A DNA stretch of 64,000 nt, taken from contig NC_043011.1 of NCBI RefSeq assembly GCF_006345805.1, positions 13,094,464 to 13,158,463 on the forward strand, in the 5' to 3' direction. The position numbers and the translations under genes are program-made. The notes below the pieces were generated by a model, which worked only from the letters and a program-made list of their open reading frames with translations, was not told the DNA's origin and did no database searches. Of the stretch, positions 41,188 through 54,852 are shown piece after piece (positions within the stretch are counted from its first letter, which is position 1; each line of letters opens with the position of its first letter). Source of the stretch: Octopus sinensis (Eukaryota).

Positions 41188-41208
41188 TCATCTCTGGACA
41201 CTGGTAGC
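41188..41208 (-). CDS. Candidate terminal coding exon of unknown host gene (ATSVQR*)
   Basis: Acceptor cccccggcgtccag|; 76-nt upstream intron; AATAAA at 41164-41169. Confidence 0.3.
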   Translation of the reverse strand, partial: ATSVQR

Positions 41209-41284
41209 CTGGACGCCGGGGGGGGGGGGGGAACAGCAGAGTCGGTTTAAATCACAATTGTTGAAAGCATTTTTTACAGCTCAC

Positions 41285-41331
41285 CAAGTCGTATTCGCCT
41301 TCACACGGAGCTTGTCTGGTCGCATCTGGTT
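41285..41331 (-). CDS. Candidate 47-nt exon of unknown host gene
   Basis: Acceptor ttcttcctttctgcttcctgctgctgacag|, donor TTG|gtgagc; 4 CpGs retained in a CpG-poor domain. Confidence 0.45.
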
Positions 41332-41387
41332 CTGTCAGCAGCAGGAAGCAGAAAGGAAGAATAGTGGTAGAACCTAGCTGCTGCTGA

Positions 41388-41755
41388 GCTGTTGCTGTTG
41401 CTGTTGAGCAAAGCGGTCTTCGGGAGAAGTCCGAAACATGGTCCTTTGCTATTCGTAAGACCCACAGAAGAGAAAGCAGGTCAACCCCCGACACCAAGAG
41501 CATCAAAGGATGGATGAATGTGCATCCAGGCTCAGTGGTTGCGTAGGAAGTCAGGGACAAGAAACAGGAAGAAAGAGTGAGAGAAAGTTGTGGTGAAAGA
41601 GTACAGCAGGGATCGCCACCACCCCCTGCCAGAGCCTCGTGGAGCTTTAGGTGTTTTTGCTCAATAAACACTTACAACGCCCGGTCTGGGAATCGAAACC
41701 ACGATTCTCCGACCGCAAGTCCACTGCCCTAACCACTGGGCCATTGCGCCTCCAC
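41388..41755 (-). mobile_element. SINE family C, tail type 3, with 12-bp TSD
   Basis: TSD agctgctgctga at 41376-41387 and 41756-41767; CpG-decayed relative to 21143-21488. Confidence 0.9.
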
Positions 41756-41820
41756 AGCTGCTGCTGATGACTGCACATGCACATAAGGGACTTCTGGCAG
41801 GCCTTCCGGAAGACTATTAC

Positions 41821-41871
41821 TTGCACATGCGCAGATGAAAATCTCAAAATGGCGTCTGGAACCTGGCTTCA
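41821..41871 (-). CDS. Candidate 51-nt exon of unknown host gene (KPGSRRHFEIFICACA)
   Basis: Branch-like tactaat, acceptor cttcatatttgtag|, donor |gtaata; only one stop-free frame. Confidence 0.35.
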
Positions 41872-42039
41872 CTACAAATATGAAGATTAGTACATCTGCA
41901 AATTTATTACTTCTGTTATTAGTATTGTTATTTTCTCTTTATCACAGGTTTAGTTGGGGCTCCTGGAGTCTTGCATGCCTAGCAGGCTTATCATTATTAT
42001 TGTTAATATTATTATCATTATTATTATTGTTATTATTAA

Positions 42040-42074
<35 letters not shown>

Positions 42075-42076
<2 letters not shown>

Positions 42077-42835
42077 GATGTCGCACAGTATAAAATATTG
42101 TGAGGTTGTTGATTGAAGAATATTGTGTCTACTGGGAGTTTGCACTGTTTGTCAAATCACAACAAGAACATCAGACAGTACTTTATGCAATATGTGTGCA
42201 GTTCCAAGTAATGCCGAGTTTTGGCAATAAATCTAGATTGTAGGGTATTTCTAAGATTTTCAGTTGTTTTGTCACATTGGGTGGTATTGAGCCCAATGCT
42301 CTGATGACAATAGGGATAACCTTTATGTTTGACTCTCGTAGCTGCCACATCTTAGCAATCTCAATTTTTAGGTCTCCATATTTATTAATTTTGCTGTCAC
42401 TTTCATGATAATGTGTTGATTTCCCAGCACAGCTATAGCAATTATTAGGCACTCTTGTTTGCCCTCCTAAAGCTTACTATATCCACCCTTCAGTGCTCTA
42501 ACACCTTGTCTGTCTGGAACTCAAAGTCCCAGAGGATTTTTGCCTTCTCCTTTTTGTCCTCTGGGACTTTGATTTCCAGACAGACAAAGTGTTAGAGCAC
42601 CAAAGGCTGGATATAGTAACCTTTAGGAGGGACAAACAGGAGTGCCTAATAACTGATGTGGCAGTGCCAGGAGATCAACACATCATCATGAAAGAAAGAG
42701 AAAAAATTGATAAATATGGGGACCTAAGAATTGAGATTGCTAAGATGTGGCAGCTACAAGAGTCAAACATAAAGATTATCCCTATTGTCATTGGTACATT
42801 GGGTTCAATACCACCCAATCTGAAAAAACATTATT
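42075..42835. mobile_element. Two R4/Dong-like RLE fragments in head-to-head fold-back
   Basis: Both arms encode LWDF..QTDKVLEH...DIV.FRR..K.CLI....KYGDL.IEIAKMWQL.ESNIK.IPIVI..LGSIPPN; centre near 42548. Confidence 0.85.
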
Positions 42836-42853
42836 ATTATTATTATTATTATT

Positions 42854-43640
<787 letters not shown>

Positions 43641-43649
43641 TACTTTACT

Positions 43650-43970
43650 GCTTACTGCAGTATTTTATGTTCTGGAATTCAGATATTCACCAACTGCTTT
43701 TGCTGCTGGATAAAGCCTATTTAACTGTGTGTCAGTTAAAGAATCTATTGTATTTGTTTGAATTGGGAAAATGTCTACCAACAGTAGCAAAAAATTTTGC
43801 CAGAATGTTACTAGCTGTTTGCCTACATTTGTTTGTGTTTTTGTGGAAATCATTATTATTATTGAGAGTTGGTCTAATTTTGTGAAGACAATTCATTTTT
43901 CTAAGGGGTTTATCCTCAAAGTTTATATTAGTAGTACATGGTATGTTCCTTTTTGTAAGGGGGTTGTTCT
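43650..43970 (-). mobile_element. PLE fragment (RT to EN linker)
   Basis: TNVGK...VGRHFPNSNKYNRFFN.HTVK, compared with the homologous KTNLVKYIYRAIYKHF region near 4790. Confidence 0.55.
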
Positions 43971-44017
43971 TATTTTAATAAGAACATAAATATAAGATGC
44001 CTGAATTTACATGATAG

Positions 44018-44029
<12 letters not shown>

Positions 44030-44050
<21 letters not shown>

Positions 44051-44375
44051 GTCGTTTAACGTCCGCTTTCCATGCTAGCATGGGTTGGACGATTTGACTG
44101 AGGTTTGGCGAACCAGACTCCAATCTGATCTGGCAGAGTTTCTACAGCTGGATGCCCTTCCTAACACCAACCACTCCGAGAGTGTAGTGGGTGCTTTTAT
44201 GTGCCACTGGCACGAGAGCCAGTTTGGTGGTACTAGCAACAGCCATGCCCAAATGGTGCTTTTTACGTGCTACCTGCGCAAGAGCCAGTCCAGCGTCACT
44301 GGCGACGACCTCGCTCAAATATTTCACATGTCACCTGCACAATGGTGTGCTTAACGTGCCATCGGCACAAAGGCC
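44030..44375 (-). mobile_element. RTE-type 3' UTR/tail with GGCACGTAAAAAGCACC tandem units
   Basis: Ends gcatggaaagcggacgttaaacga(tga)n; homologous to 49760-50200, 56990-57385 and 58600-59025. Confidence 0.75.
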
Positions 44376-44479
44376 AGCTTGTTGCTCTGGCAATAATATC
44401 ACAAGATAGATATCAGTGTAATATCTAGTTTGTCTATATCAAGTAGTAATCACTATTCTCCATACATAGAACTACATAC

Positions 44480-44514
44480 TTGAAAATTCTTGCAACACAC
44501 AGAGGACGACAAAA
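44480..44514 (-). CDS. Candidate 35-nt exon of unknown host gene
   Basis: Acceptor ttttaatttacatgtag|, donor CAA|gtatgt. Confidence 0.3.
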
Positions 44515-44943
44515 CTACATGTAAATTAAAACTTGATTTATACTAAGAAAAATTCAAATGTGCCTCACAAGTAAGTTATACATATCTCATATATTTAATT
44601 ATATCTGAATTAGTAACCAATAATTGTTTGCAATATCTGAAGCTCACTAATTCATAATCCACTTAAGGCTAATGTTTTTAAAGATGCCCTTTGACCTAAT
44701 TAAATGTCTAGTATTCACAATTTGAAATTCAAATCTAGGTCAGCATAGAGTCAACTTGATAGCAGTTTTTATAGCCACATCAGGTTCCCAATCTTCCTCT
44801 CACATTCTTTGCACTCAAAAACTATTGTCACCTCCCAAATATAATGCTAGCTAACCTTACATACCCTTAGTTTGCTTCAAACCACATCAGTGGATGGACC
44901 TTGAATCAAATTGCACGATACAATAACCAGTCTAAAGTACCTA

Positions 44944-45928
44944 TCAGGTCATCCCATAAGTTCTGTCCGAATTTTGAATAAAGAAAACAAGTGATCAAAT
45001 GTTATATTTAATTGAAATTTAATCATCAATGTACTTTCCCTGATTATCTATGACTTCCTTCCATGTATTTACAGGCTTTTTAATCCCATCAATGTTAAAC
45101 ACTTTTGGTTTCAAAGCAAAGAACCCTGAAATGTCAATTTCGACCTCCTCCTGGCTTGCGAAAGTTATGTTCCCCAAATGATTTTGTAAACTATGAAACA
45201 AATGGTAGTCTGAAGGAGCAAGTTCAGGAGAAAAAGGTGGATGAGGAATATTTTTCCGACCAAGCTCTTCGATCTTCTGAGATGTGATCTTTGCTGTGTG
45301 GGGTCGCGCATTGTCCTGATGAAACATTACTCCTTTTCGATTCACTAAAGCGGGTCTTTTTTCCTTCAAAGCTTGGGTCAAACGCTCTAATTGCCGACAG
45401 TAGACTTGAGCATTGATTGTTGCATTAGGTGATAACAATTCAAAGTGAATTACTCTTTTGCAATCCCACCAGATAGAGAAAAGAACCTTTTTCCCATGAA
45501 ATTTCCTTCTCGGTTGTGGTTGAGCTTTTTCCCTTTTACCAAGCTACTGTTTATGATGTTTAACATTTTGATAGAAGGTCTATTTTTCATCACCAGTCAC
45601 AAGTCTATCCAAAAAGGGCGAAATGAGTTTGCAAGAATGGAGAGAAGAGCAGATGTCAACTCAGGATTTGCGGTTGCTTCCGGACAATTCATGAGGCACC
45701 TATTTTCCAAGTTTAGGAGCCTTTCCAAGTTGTTGAAGATGATGATGAACAGTTGTATGGTTTAAACTAAGCTTTATTGCCAATTCTTTAACTAATAATA
45801 CAGGATTTTCTTCAAGTAAAGCCTCAAGGAGCTTATCCTCAAACTCAACTGGATGTCCAGTTCGATCTTCATCTTCAAGGCTGAAACCTCCACTTCTGAA
45901 TTTTGCAAACCATCTTCTGCAGTTAAAC
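44944..45928 (-). mobile_element. mariner (DD34D) transposon, 5'-truncated, degenerate transposase
   Basis: FLDRLVTGDEK..FY, KKVLFSIWWD, FHQDNARPHTA, HPPFSPELAPSDYHLF; TA|TCAGGTCATCCCATAAG terminus. Confidence 0.95.
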
Positions 45929-46117
45929 TGGACCTGGAACCATGTGGATGGGAAGCAAATTTCTTACCGCACAGCCCCTCTTATGCCTTCTTGACCTAAC
46001 TTGACCCGTTGTGCTATCTTTGTACACAAAGGTTCTTTCATAAGGTGTTCTTGGTTTCCATGTCTCTGAACAAACGTCTCCAGGCTTTCATTATTCAATG
46101 AACTGAGAGATTATTAC

Positions 46118-46173
46118 TTCATCTGGAAACACACGGAACACATGATGGCTGGCTGTGGAAAATATTCTCCCAT
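46118..46173 (-). CDS. Candidate 56-nt exon of unknown host gene
   Basis: ctaac branch-like site, acceptor ctttcactgcttgcatgactcag|, donor GAA|gtaata. Confidence 0.35.
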
Positions 46174-46219
46174 CTGAGTCATGCAAGCAGTGAAAGGTTA
46201 GATGTTAAAAAGTGTAAAA

Positions 46220-46269
<50 letters not shown>

Positions 46270-47074
46270 GGTGGTGGTGGTGGTGGTGGTGGTGGTGGTG
46301 GTGTGGTGGTGGTGGTGTGGTGGTGATGATGATGATGATGGTGATGGTGGTGGTGGTGGTGGTGGTGGTGGTGATGATGATGGTGATGATGATCATGATG
46401 ATGACGACGATAGTGGTTATGGTGATGGTAGTGGTGTCAATGACGACAGTGGTGGCAGCAGCTGCGGCCAAACTGTTAGAACTTCAGACAAAATGCCTTG
46501 CAATATTTCCTGTGGATCTTTACATTCTGAGTTCAAATACTATTGAGTTTAATTTTGCCTTTTTTTGCCTTTCACTTTAAATTCTGGATGGTTTTTTTTC
46601 TCCCCAACTTTTCAATAACGATTTCTTTTCCATCATAATTCTAGGATGGGGGCACTGAATATGTACAGATCCTATGAATGATGGGAAATAAAGATATAGA
46701 AGCAAAGTACAATGATGCAACAGAGAGAGAAAGAGAATGGTAGGTGGAAATTTTAATTTTTTATACCCAACCTCAATTACTCAATTTTTCATTTTTTTTC
46801 ATGTTTGTATGGGTTGAGTAAGTCTTCTCCAACACATCATTTTGCCACTTGTCACAGTCCTTTGACATCTCCTTCATGAGGTTCAGCCTCATGAGATCTG
46901 TATTCACTGCTTCATCGCATGTTTCTGTATTCTTATTCTTCTAGAAGCACCAACCACTTAGAGTGATCGGCCCTTATTTAAATAAATGATATTTTCCATA
47001 CGATCCATATGCCCACCCCAGCATAGTTTCCTCTCAGACACACTACATTTTGTTTCTCTAATTTTTTGTCTCTT

Positions 47075-47263
47075 ATCTTTTACTTCCTTCAGTCATTTGA
47101 TTGCAGCCATTCTGGAGCACTACCATCAGCCCCAGGACTTATTCTTTTAAGCTTAGTACTTATTCTATTGGTCTCTTTGCCAACACTCCAACACCGGTTG
47201 TCTAGTGGGGGGGGTGGACAAACACAAGTATAAACACACACACACAGACACAGACACACACAA

Positions 47264-47306
<43 letters not shown>

Positions 47307-47445
47307 CACACACATATGACAAGCTTCTTTCAGTTTCTGTCTACCAAATCCACTCACAAGGCTTTGGTTGGCCCAAGGATAAAGTAGAAGATATTTGCCC
47401 AAGGTGCCACGCATTGGTACTGAACCCAGAACCATGTGGTTGAGA
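47075..47445 (-). mobile_element. SINE family A, CpG-decayed
   Basis: Family match with most CpGs lost. Confidence 0.8.
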
Positions 47446-48196
47446 AGCAAAGTATTACAGCAGCAGAATATTCTAGAACTGCATGCTTCAGCTCTTCCCT
47501 GACACCACTTACCCCTACCCCCAATATCTCTTAGTACCCAGAATCATTTCACTGTTATCCATTTTTCATTCTTAATACTGTCCACCCCATCCACTTTTTA
47601 CATCAATCACTCTCCTGCGCCACCAAATTATCCCCCCACCTACCCATTCACTTTATCTACCCACATTCTTACCACCTACCCAACTACATGTCATCTCCCT
47701 CTCTTCCTTTCACCCATCCTTCTCTTTCTTACCCCCACCCCACCCCATCTACCCTATCATTCTTATTGCTATTACTATTCTGCTACTCTTCACCACCCTC
47801 TTTTCTGAACTGTCAGTCACCACCTCTCCCCTGCCCCTCGCACACAATACATGTATCACTGGCCACCCTCAATTCCCACCTCAACTCTACCCAATTTCCA
47901 GTTCTCACCTACTTTTCTCTTTCTCTCCCTTGCCTTCCCTACTCATCATCTCTCAACACTTATTCATAATATTTACCTTATCACCCATACCCTATCACTA
48001 ACCATCTCTCTCTCTCTCTCTTTCTCTCCCTCTCTACTTTTATCCACCCACATTTTCTGTTCTCCTATTTACCTTGAATTTTAAATAGTGCAGTTATAAA
48101 GATGATGCATGATGGGAATACTTTGAGAAGAAAATTCAGGTAGGAGCAGTTGAGCATGTGTGTGTGTGTGCATGTATACACACACACACATACACA

Positions 48197-48730
<534 letters not shown>

Positions 48731-49004
48731 GACACACACAAAATCTCAGTTTACCAAGGTAGACTCGGCTTCTCAAGAACCATATGTTGTGAGTCATTCT
48801 GATCCTGTGTCCCCTCTTCCACCAAGTTCAAAGTCCTAAGATCACCCTTCACCATTTCATTCCATGCCTTCCTGAGTTACCTTCTACTGCAAGTTCCAGC
48901 CACATCTTAATGTGCTTCTTTTTATACATCTATATTCATCCATACACATCATATAATCACACATACATACGTACATACATGCATGGAAGACGGATGTTAG
49001 ATGA

Positions 49005-49038
<34 letters not shown>

Positions 49039-49084
49039 GGTGGTGGTGGTTCTGGTGTAGTAGTAGTATAGAAATATCAGAGGA

Positions 49085-50200
49085 AGGTTAACAGGGAAAA
49101 TAGTTTTTGCATGTGGAAGATACACAGGTACAATAAACCCCGAAAATGTACAGAAAATAGACTCCATCAACTGTCACGGGGATAAGCTAGAGGTAGTAGA
49201 TAGTTTCTGTTATCTAGATGACCAAGTCAGTAGCAGAGGTGGATGCTCCAAGAGTGTGGGTGTGAGAATAAGAATAGGCTGGGCAAAGTTAAGAGAGCTC
49301 CTACCCCTATTGGCAACAAAGGGCCTCTCTCTGAGAGCAAAAGGCAAATTATATGATGCCTGTGTACGAACAGCTATGCCACACGGCAGTGAAACATTGG
49401 GCTATCACAGCCAAGGACATGCATACATTTGAAAAAAATAAAGCCAGTATGATTTGCTGGATGTGCAATGTCAGTGTGCATGTATGACACTATGTGAGCA
49501 TCTTGAGAGAAAAGTCGGGCATAAGAGGCATCAGATGTGGTGTGCAAGAGAAACGACTATGCTGGTGTGGTCATGTGATGTGTATAGATGAGGACAGCTG
49601 TATAAAGAAGTGCTGATCTCTAAGTGTGGAGGGAACCTGTAGTAGAGGCAGACCCAGGAAGATATGGGATGAGGTGGTAAAGCATGATCTTCGAACTTTG
49701 AGCCTCACAAAGGCAATGACTAGTGACCAAGACCTTTGGAAATATGCTGTGCTTGAGAAGACCTGCCAAGCCAAGCGAAACCATAGTTGTGGCCAATGCT
49801 GGTGACACGTAACTGGCACCCATGCCAGTGGAATGTAAAAAACACCTTTCGAACATTGGGCCACACAGAGGCAAGGTGACCAATGCTGGTGGCATGTGAA
49901 AGACACCTTTTGTGTGCTGGGCCTCATGGAAGCAATGACAAATGACTTTGGCATTATGTCGTGTTTGAGAAGATCCATCAAGCCAAGAAAAATCACAGTC
50001 ATGGCAGATACTGGTGTCACGCAAATGGCACCCATGCCAGTGGTACATAAAAGCACCCATTAGACTCTCAGAGGGGTTAGCATGAGGAAGGGCATCAAGC
50101 TGTAGAAACCATGCCAAATCAGACTGGAGTCTGGTGCAGCTTTCCAGCCCTGGCCAAACTGTCCAACCTATGCCAGCATGGACAACAGACATTAAGTGAT
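49085..50200 (+). mobile_element. RTE LINE 3' portion with tandem-repeat 3' UTR and (ATG)n tail
   Basis: DSFCYLDDQVSSRGGCSKSV..RIRIGWAK.RELLPLLATKGLSLRAKG.LYDACVRTAM.HGSET...; 3' UTR units gccagtgg.acgtaaaaagcacc. Confidence 0.9.
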
Positions 50201-51058
50201 GATGATGATGATGATGATGATGATGGTGATGGTGATGGTGGTGATGGTGATGATGGTGGTGGTGGTGGTGGTGGTGGTGGTGGTGGTGGTGATGATGATG
50301 CATACATACATACACTAAACAGTGGCCCACAATGTGTTTGCTAGGCCAGTACTCATACCTATATTTGGCCTACTTGATTGGACCCATGACAAGATCCAAG
50401 CCATTGATGTGTAAACCTGGAAGATACTGACCATCGACACAAATAATTTTTACATCATCAATGAAGTGGACTACCTAAAATGAAAACAAGGATGCAGAGG
50501 CTTGATTCAGACTACCTTTGAATATCACGTCATATCGTTACGGTAACATTTTTTAACCACCATGTGTCGAAGTGCATCCCTTGATCAAGTTTGCGTACAT
50601 GAAGCAGATAACATCATGGGGCTTGGAAAGCAGCTCTTTGAGCAACATTCCTTATCTGATAACCTTGAATAAATGCTCAAAGAAGTTGCAAAACTCTACC
50701 ACAACGTATCATCAGGTGAAAGGATGTGTGTATATAAGCAGAAGATCATGTATGAACATGTTAGCAGAAAGCTCCAAGATGACAGTAACATTGACAACCT
50801 ATCATAGACCAAAAACCAGATTCCTAACTCTTACTTAGAAGGGTAGGCATTTGTAATTCAGGAACAAGAAATAGCAGCCAAATACCTAAAGCACAAAAGG
50901 GACAGAGATGCAGGAAAATCAGCAAAATGTGATAACCGATGCAAACTTTTGGGGATTAACACTGAAGATATTACCAACATCATAAGCAGTTGTCCAAAAA
51001 TGTCATCATATTATTGTCTACTGGTGAGACATGATATTGCAGACACTGTACAATGAGA

Positions 51059-51522
51059 CACTGTACTTGTATGTTGTGCTTGAGAAGACATGCCAAGCTA
51101 CAGTTAGAGATCAGCACTTCTTTACACAGCTGTCCTCATCTATACACATCACATGACCACACCAGCATAGTCGTTTCTCTTGCATACTACATCTGAGGCC
51201 TCTCATGCCCAACTTTCCTCTCAAGATGCTCACATACTGTCGTACATGCACACTGACATTGCACATCCAGCAAATCATACTGGCTTCATTTTTTTCAAAT
51301 GTATGCATGTCCTTGGCTGTGATAGCCCAATGTTTCACTGCCATGTGGCATAGCTGTTCGTACACAGGCATCATATAATCTGCCTTTTGCTCTCAGGGAG
51401 AGGCCCTTTGTTGCCAATAGGGGTAGGAGCTCTCTGAACTTTACCCAGCTTATTCTTATTCTCACATCTACACTCTTGGAGCATCCACCTCTGCTACTGA
51501 CTTGGTCACTTAGATAACAGAA
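51059..51522 (-). mobile_element. RTE fragment inserted in the R4-like element
   Basis: 14-bp TSD act(g/a)tacaatgaga at 51045-51058 and 51523-51536; ORF RIRISWVKFRELLPLLATKGLSLRAKGRLYDACVRTAM. Confidence 0.9.
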
Positions 51523-52064
51523 ACTATACAATGAGATCAGTCAGAAGGATAATCTTGAGGTCAAAGAGATAAAAATGCACAGTATGGTAGAAGCCATCGC
51601 CACTCACATGAAAGAGTACTGGTGGAACGTACCAGTGGAAACCTCAATGCAATGCAACCAATATAGACCAGATATAATGATTTGGGACAGAGAAGAGAAA
51701 CTAAGTACAGTAGTGAAAATCAGTTGCCCAGGGGATGTCAACACAAAGCTAAAGATCAGCGAAAAAGAAAACACGTAAGCTGAACTACTAAGAAGCTTAC
51801 AGTTACTCTACCCAGATCACAAATTCAGGTTTATACCTGTCACTATTGACACTGGGATATGTAAGAAGCTGCCTAAGCACTAACGTTGAGAAATTAGGCT
51901 TCTCAAGACCAAAAAGGTATAAGCTAATTAGAAAGTTTAGAGCTTTAAACCATCAATAAAATTGTAAAAATCTGTGAAACTTCCAAGAAGTTAAGCATTT
52001 AAGTATAAATGTGGATGTTTAGATATGCAACTATATGCATGAGAATACATAGATACATACATAT

Positions 52065-52286
52065 CTCTTTTACTCTTTTACTTGTTTCAGCCATTTTACT
52101 GTGGCCATGCTGGAGCACCGCCTTTTAGTCAAGCAAATCAACCCCAGGACTTATTCTTTGTAAGCCTAGTACTTATTCTATCGGTCTCTTTTACTGAACT
52201 GCTAAGTTACGGGGATGTAAACACACCAGCATTGGTTGTCAAGCAATGTTGAGGGTACAAACACAGACACACAAACATATATATAT

Positions 52287-52321
<35 letters not shown>

Positions 52322-52472
52322 CATCGGGCTTCTTTCAGTTTCCATCTACCAAATCCACTCACAAGGCTATGGTCGGCCTGAGGCTATGATAGAAGATAAT
52401 TGCCCAAGGTGCCACGCAGTGGGACTGAACCTGGAACCATTTGGTTTGTAAGCAAGCTACTTACCACACAGC

Positions 52473-52475
<3 letters not shown>
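52065..52475 (-). mobile_element. SINE family A
   Basis: Family match, partly CpG-decayed. Confidence 0.9.
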
Positions 52476-52514
<39 letters not shown>

Positions 52515-52849
52515 AAACATACAAATCTGCACATGCACTCCAAATGTTGCATATGTATACACAAACATGCACAAATATCTTGTTCATGTTTAAAATTCCA
52601 ATGAAGGAGCCTTGAATGTAGGTTAGAAACCGATTTTTCTCAATTGGCAGGAAATCTAGAAATAAAACTGATAATCCATCCATCCAACCATCCATCCATC
52701 CATCTATCCATCCATACATACATACACACATACATACATACATACATACATGCATACATACATACATACATACATACATACATACATACATACATACATA
52801 CATACATACATACATACATACATACATACATGTACTGTCATAGCGGTCA

Positions 52850-53750
52850 GCTGTCCTGCTTGTATGAATACCTCTTTGGAAATCAAAAAGAAAAAGGATA
52901 ATTGTGGATGACTGCTTCAAAACCTCCAGGTAATAAATTCACATTTAAACCAATAATAATTGGTGCACTTAGTTTAGTAAATGTCTAAATGACAATTTGC
53001 ATAAGCTAGGCTTTTCAGAAAAAGAAATTAACTTATTAAGTCACACAAATACAATCTGTAAGTGGAACAGTAAAAATATGCAAGACTTTCCTCAGTTTTG
53101 AAATGTGACATTGCTTTCCTTATCTACATTCAAAGGATGGAAGTTTCTATCTTTGTTAGAAATTGGCTCCTTCCTCAGAGGAAGAATTTAAATAATTAAA
53201 AGCAGAAAGGAACATACAAACATACATACAGTTGTGGCGAAAGAATCAGCAGAAGTTCGCCATTACCTTCTGCCGGAGCTGCGTGGAGCTTAGGTGTTTT
53301 CACTCATATACACACACACCACCCGATCTGAGATTCGAACCCGCGATCCCTCAGCCACGAGTCTGCTGCTCTAACCACTAGGCCATGTGCCTCCACGTAT
53401 AGGTATATGCATTTGTTTGATTCTTTGGTTTATACCGACATAATGGAGGTTTCATTTTTTATTTGTATGTTTATGTCTAAAACAGGATCTCATTTGTATT
53501 ATTCTGGATACTAAATTTAAGTATTCCTTAATTCCTCAAATTCTTTTAATGTATCCATTACAACTAGCAAGTGATCTATGTATCTGGTGTATATTGTGTG
53601 CATGAGTTTTGGTATTATTCTCTTCTTTATTGTAAACCAGTGGAATACTGCAAACGCAGGTCCTAAGGGGGAACTCCATCTGGCTGTTTGTATATATAAC
53701 CTTGTGGGCAGCAAAAAGGGCACTTCAGTTATGCAAGTTATGCACATTAT
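52850..53750 (-). mobile_element. Penelope-like RT fragment (second lineage), interrupted by SINE 53231-53396
   Basis: LYIQT..(M)SSPLGPAFA.F...YTRYIDHLLVV resembles the PLE GxxMGSPLxP and RYxDD motifs; a related piece lies near 38600-38700. Confidence 0.7.
53231..53396 (-). mobile_element. SINE family C variant, 3'-truncated
   Basis: Matches the 10460-10627 head/body. Confidence 0.85.
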
Positions 53751-53901
53751 AAGTAGTTTTTTCTAATAAGTTTGGATGGTCATCATGGATGGCTATCTTT
53801 TGGGGTGTTTATATATGTTTTCTGTTATGTTTTCTAACTTTTCTGCACCATGTGTGTGTGCATGCATGTGTGCATGCATGTGTGCATGCGTGCATATTTA
53901 C

Positions 53902-53919
53902 CTCTATGCACACAGATAG
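53902..53919 (-). CDS. Candidate 18-nt microexon of unknown host gene
   Basis: Acceptor ctttctggctgtctggctccctgtctag|, donor GAG|gtaaat. Confidence 0.3.
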
Positions 53920-54110
53920 CTAGACAGGGAGCCAGACAGCCAGAAAGATGAATATCATTATTATATGAAGCATAATTTCATTACATAAGAAGTGATGTGA
54001 GCTTCTCAGTTCATATGCAAACAAACCATCTCTGACAATAAAAACTGAATAAAATTTGACCCAATGTAAAAACAGAGCTGAATTAAGCATTGAACAAAAT
54101 TGTAACATAC

Positions 54111-54139
54111 CAAGAGCATCAATGAATAGAGGACCCATA
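54111..54139 (-). CDS. Candidate 29-nt exon of unknown host gene
   Basis: Acceptor ccctcttatcaaacag|, donor TTG|gtatgt. Confidence 0.35.
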
Positions 54140-54348
54140 CTGTTTGATAAGAGGGTTGGATTTACTATGACGCAAATGGGAAATTAAAGCAGTATTTTTT
54201 TTTCCTTCTAAATAAGGAAAAGGTGCGGAAAATTTACATTTCTTTTTTTTGTTGCCCTAGAATTATAAATAAATAATTGACAGGCATAGTTGTGTGGTTA
54301 TGAGGTTAGCTATTTCAGAACTATATGGATTTAGTGAGGAAGTCTATA

Positions 54349-54382
<34 letters not shown>

Positions 54383-54852
54383 ATGCATGTGTGTGTGTGC
54401 ACGCATGTGTGTGTGTGCACACGTGTGTATGTGTGTGTGTTTATGTGTGTGTGTGCGCGCATGTGTGTGTGTGTGCACACATGCATATTTGTGTTATCGT
54501 TTTTCTGTCACTGCTTGTCAATCAGTGCTGGTTTGTTTACATCCCTTAACTAAGGCATTTGGCAAAAGAGAATGATAGGATGAGCACTAGATTTTAAATA
54601 ATTATTGGTGTTGATTTGACCAAATACACCTCTCAGGGCAGTTACCTCAGCCTAACTACGGTCCACTGATTAAAGCAAGTAAAAGAATAATAATTTTACT
54701 TGTTGCCTTTTTTTTTTTAGTGTTAAATAAATAAAGGTAAAAAATAGCAAATTATATTTAATATAGTTGTAGAATCTGGCCTGGAATATAGCCCAGAAAA
54801 AAACCCCAAATTTTGGAACTTATTATTCCATGATCAGCATTTGCTGTTTTAA

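Larger units (their letters stand above)
50370..52675 (+). mobile_element. R4/Dong-like LINE (RT end, CCHC, RLE, 3' UTR) with nested RTE and SINE-A
   Basis: AFVIQEQEIAAKYL...CDNRC...EDITNIISSCPKMSS..RHD, then YWWNVPVETS..CNQYRPDIMIWDREEK; the 3' UTR matches 27737-27840. Confidence 0.85.

Noticed and set aside
41252-41847. In-frame ORF MCMCSHQQQLGSTTILPFCF... restored by removing the SINE
   Set aside because: The frame match follows trivially from the TSD. It runs through a strong polypyrimidine tract and acceptor, so an intron is the better reading.
41821-41871. In-frame TGA as selenocysteine, or similarity to MsrB1 or V-ATPase e
   Set aside because: The resemblance is only superficial and spread over different frames; no SECIS was identified.
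41800-41990. Plus-strand promoter (CCGGAAG, CATGCGCA, AAAATGGCG) and gene start
   Set aside because: The ATG frame stops after 13 codons, and the adjacent SINE is CpG-decayed, arguing for a methylated gene body rather than a promoter.
45925-46110. Exon ending at GTGCG|gtaaga
   Set aside because: The apparent donor is part of a SINE-A head fragment (ggctgtgcggtaag).
52590-52660. Minus-strand exon DFLPIEKNRFLTYIQ
   Set aside because: The sequence is the R4-like LINE 3' UTR, also present at 27737-27840.
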